Positions 60,265-64,000 of a stretch of DNA of 64,000 nucleotides are shown here, in pieces. A program made the translations under genes and the position numbers. The stretch covers positions 62,001 through 126,000 of the forward strand of contig NW_026250432.1 of NCBI RefSeq assembly GCF_024521635.1, given 5' to 3'. The DNA is from Tricharina praecox. Its lineage: Eukaryota. Under the pieces are notes generated by a model that made no database searches, had not been told where the DNA came from, and saw only the letters and a program-made list of their open reading frames with translations. Every line of letters starts with the position of its first letter. The first letter of the stretch is position 1.

Positions 60265-61058
60265 ATGTCCGCCGCCGCTCCGCTCCGCCGCCTGGCACGC
60301 CCCCGCACAATCGCGTGCATCGGCCGCAACTACGCCGACCACATAGCAGAGCTAGGGAACACGCGTCCACGGGAGCCGTTCTACTTCCTGAAGCCGGCGA
60401 CGTCTATGCTGCATCCATCGTCTGGCGCGGTATTGGCGCCTCGCGGCGCAAAGCTGCACTACGAGGTTGAGCTAGCGGCCATCATGGGAAGGGACGTCGA
60501 TGAGGCGCCGGATACAGACGAGGCTGTGGCGAAGTATGTTAAGGGCTGGGCGGTCGCGATTGATATGACTGCGCGGCAGTGTGAGTCTACACCCACTAGA
60601 GGGGATTGTGGGCATTGTTGGGATCGTGGGGATCGTGGCTGATGACAGCGGCGGCGACAGTCCAGAACGACGCGAAGAAGCGCGCGCTCCCGTGGACGCT
60701 GTGCAAAGGCTTCAAGACGTTTCTTCCAGTTTCGCACTTCATTCCGGCATCGAAGATCCGGGACCCGCACGACGTGCGGCTGTTCCTGCGGGTGAACGGC
60801 GAGACGCGCCAGGACGATTCCACCGCGCTGATGCTGTTCCGGATCCCGCGGCTGCTGCAGCACGTTACCAGTGTTGCCCCGCTGGAGGAGGATGACCTGC
60901 TACTGACTGGGACGCCGAAGGGCGTGGGCGAGGTCAGGGCGGGGGATGTTATTGAGGCGGGGATTGTCGTCGATGGAGTCGAGCTGGAGGAGGGGAGGAT
61001 CGAGGTTGTCGTCGAGCAGAGGGCCACTGGGTACAACTGTGAGGCTAGGGAGGCGTAG
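60265..61058 (+). CDS. Fumarylacetoacetate hydrolase domain protein (FAHD1/Fmp41-like)
   Basis: CIGRNYADHIAEL, FLKP, LHYEVELA, AIDMTAR, LPWTLCKGFKTF, LLLTGTPKGVG; one intron. Confidence 0.9.
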
Positions 61059-61286
61059 GTGGTTATAGGTACAAATGGATATCCAATTGGTTCGCAGCTT
61101 CGCTACAACTCAGTGGCTTGCTGTGTGAAGCGATCGTACGGTACAGGTAATTTTACGCCGACAAGTGAAGCCGTAGGCAGGCAGACATACGAAACAAGCG
61201 CATCACATCGACGCATGCATTACAGCAGCAGCAAAGAAACCCTTCATACAACCAACACCTACATCATTACCGCGTCGGCCAGATAG

Positions 61287-62867
61287 CTACGCAGGCTGCT
61301 CATCTAGCTGCTTCAGCATCTTCTCCCACGTCTCGACCATGCCCTTGTAGAACTTGACATTCGCGTCGGCCAGCCCGCCCAGCGTATCCTTCATCTCAAT
61401 GCATTTGATCCTCTCAAAATCCGCCACCTCACGCAACACCTCCTCGTCAAAGCTTTCCGTGATCTTCCTTGCCTCCTCCGCCTCCTTGTTGAGCATATCG
61501 ATCTTGTGTTCCAGCTTGCGGACCCTTTCGCGCCTCGACGCCTCGTGATCAACGCCCCTGACATCCTCGATCTTGCTCCTCAGGAACCCGGTTGGGCCGC
61601 CGAGTCCTGTCGAGCCCACCGGCGCAGACGCAATATGGTCCCTCTCCATGCTCGCGCGTTCACGATAATCCATGAGTCCTTCATAGTCCAGCTGCTTTTG
61701 CTCGCGGGATTTCAGGAGCTGTTTTACGGCGCCGATGTATGCCTCCATGTCCCTGAGCGAGCTCAGATAATCCTGATCGGTATGTTCCTTGAGCGCTCGC
61801 AAGCCTTCGCTGGTCTCCTTGACGCCTGTGGAGAACGCGCGAATAGTTTGATCCAGCTCTGGCTCTAGCTCGACGATCTTCAAGAACTCCTTCGAAAGAT
61901 CCGAGTAATCGCTCTCCATATCCGCTTCCCGGCGGACTACCCGTGCGATGAGCTTCTCCACGTGGGTCAGGTCCTCGTCGAGCTTGTCGGCGCGGTCGCG
62001 GACCACGATGAAGCGATCGTCGGGCTTGTGGACTTTTGAGAACGCATTCAAGAAAGTATCGGTAAGGCCGTCGAACACGCCTCCTCCGCTGTCCGGGGCT
62101 TGTCCGGTGTTGCCGCGCGTTGGGCGCAACCGCATATGTGCATTCCAGTCGGGAGATTCGAGGAAGACGGTCAGTATTGGGGTCCGTCGGAGCGACGGGT
62201 GGAGGGTTAATCGCTTCAGGAAACGGTGGAGGGAATGGGCCCGGCGCTGCGTAAAATCGGGTCCGAAACGGTCACCGCGGACGTACTCTACCCCAGAAAC
62301 GCATTAGGACACAAACACCCCCCTCACACACGCCCGAGATATGAAGACACACCCATCTTATGCTTCTCCGGTAATGGCGGCACCGCACAAGCCGGAAACT
62401 CTCGCGAAAGCGTCTTCCACAGGTATACAAAGTCGGTGAACCGTCGCCTTACATCAACATGCGGTTTTTGGAACGTCGGAAAATCGGTCTGCGTGGCCGC
62501 ACCATATGAGCTTCCCAAAATATGCGCACAACCATGAAACACCACACACGGGCAGATATACCTTGGTTGTGACACGATACGACACGTAGGCATCCTTAGT
62601 ACCTTCACCCTCGGTCTGAGGGTCGGAAACAAATGTCTCCAGGACTCCGCGGCCGACGCCGGCAAGATCGAGGGCATCTGCGTTCGGACCCGCCTGCAGT
62701 CCCGGCGAGAGTTGCTGATGGTGTTGGTGTTCTGTGGAGCTTGAACTACTGCCGCCGTTTGCTCCTCCAACCGGGCTCTTGACGGAAGATGAGGCGTGGT
62801 GTGCGAAATCATCTACCGAATCCTCGTCGTCGTCGCGCCACTGAACTGAATCGAAGTTGTCCTCCAT
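61287..62867 (-). CDS. SNX4: Sorting nexin-4 / Atg24 (PX-BAR)
   Basis: GTKDAYVSYRVTT, VRRRFTDFVYL, VPPLPEKHKM, LNAFSKVHKPDDRF, REQKQLDYEGL, DVRGVDHEASRRER. Confidence 0.92.
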
Positions 62868-63275
62868 TCTTAGCGCGGATGTCGTTCAGGAGCTATGGCG
62901 GGGTATGAGGAGTGCTGTAAGTTGACAGGACGGGCGGTGGAGTGATACAGGCTGCAAAGAGAAGCAATGGGAAGCTCGCCTGTAGCTCGATGAATCGGGA
63001 TGAGGTGATGCAAGTCGTGAATTTGCGATGAGCAATGTGGGGTTGGAGTTCCTGGATGTATGGGTCTGGGGAGGTGTGGGAGAGCAGCAAGGTGCAGATG
63101 ATGTAACTAAGTAGTTGACTTGGCATTGTGCGCATCTTCTCACTCGACTCTCGAGTCTCTCCTGGCTATCTATAGAATCGCATAAAACTTTCAAGCACTC
63201 ACGCTATCAATGATTAAACAAAACAAAAACCTTTCTATGGCACCGACTCTTGAGGTGACAATGCCAATTACACAC

Positions 63276-64000
63276 TCAGAGATTTCCCTTCTCGACCTGC
63301 GCCGCCACCTTATCTGGCTCCAGCTCGGGATCCGGCTTCTTCTTGACAATTTCCTTCATCTCTCCCTTCTTCTCCATCTCCCTCATAGCCTCTTCAAAGC
63401 CCAGCTCCTGATCGAATGGAAACTCCGGATCTCTCCCATACGCAACCCTAGCAACATCGACCAATATCCTCGCCGTCATGCCCCAAATCCTATGTCTTTT
63501 AAGAGTGCTCCCCTCCCACACCGGGGCGTTGAACTCATGGATCGTCCACGGCCGATGCACCCACATCGTCTTCCCGCCGCGATACCACGTCTCCTCCGCG
63601 GCGCCGCCGGGAATAGGATACGCGCGCTTCAGAAACGGCTCCAGCTTGACAGTAAACAGGCTCGCGACCTCGGTCTCCTGTAGCCGGGGGATTAGCGAGT
63701 CCTCCACATCGCCCTTCCCGCCGTCGAGGTAAGCCACACACGGCCTGACCGCCAGTCCCGTCCGCGCGAGGGAACACGGCAGCTCGCACAAATGCTCGAC
63801 ATCAAACGGCTTCGGCAGTCCGCCCTGCGAGTCCAGCGGCAGCCCGATCTCCTCCCACGCCTCGCGGCGCGCAGTCTGCGCTGCCGTCTCGGACAGGAAG
63901 TCGGCTTTTCCGCCCGGCAGCGCGACTTGGCCCGCGAACGTGCGTAGGTGCACCGACCGCACCGTCAGCACTACTCGCAGGTCGCCGCGCCGGTCAGAGA
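63276..64000 (-). CDS. PCD1: Nudix hydrolase, peroxisomal CoA diphosphatase Pcd1-like (5' end outside the window)
   Basis: LRTFAGQVALPGGKAD...TARREAWEEIGLP Nudix box and RIWGMTARILV. Confidence 0.85.
   Translation of the reverse strand, partial: SDRRGDLRVVLTVRSVHLRTFAGQVALPGGKADFLSETAAQTARREAWEEIGLPLDSQGGLPKPFDVEHLCELPCSLARTGLAVRPCVAYLDGGKGDVEDSLIPRLQETEVASLFTVKLEPFLKRAYPIPGGAAEETWYRGGKTMWVHRPWTIHEFNAPVWEGSTLKRHRIWGMTARILVDVARVAYGRDPEFPFDQELGFEEAMREMEKKGEMKEIVKKKPDPELEPDKVAAQVEKGNL

Overview
Eukaryotic DNA from a filamentous ascomycete (short GT-AG introns with CTAAC-type branch points, Pezizomycotina-type housekeeping genes). The window has two parts. (1) About 1-23.6 kb is an accessory cluster of four tandem, same-strand paralogues. 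Each encodes an N-terminal Cys-motif/helical region, a CorA-like two-helix membrane module with the GMN signature, and a long C-terminal ankyrin array. Copies 1 (5'-truncated by the window) and 4 look intact and carry near-identical 105-bp repeats that vary mainly at three loop codons. Copies 2 and 3 have divergent repeats and are disrupted. The repeats show higher-order duplication and exchange between paralogues, and copies 1 and 4 share the array end and 3' flank despite very different N-termini. The best candidate for a new system is therefore an NLR-like but NOD-less family pairing a CorA-like pore with a reshuffled ankyrin sensor; the function is inferred, not shown. (2) About 24.2-64 kb is a dense housekeeping block (ORC3, VPS33, UBE2W-like, VTA1, BIM1-like, PTC7, SEC66, NPL4, RRP1, alpha/beta-hydrolase, IPP1, MMSDH, VMA21, FUN30, FAHD1, SNX4, PCD1) with a small nest of MITEs at 35.4-36.4 kb. 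All exon boundaries and family calls were made by eye; no searches were run.
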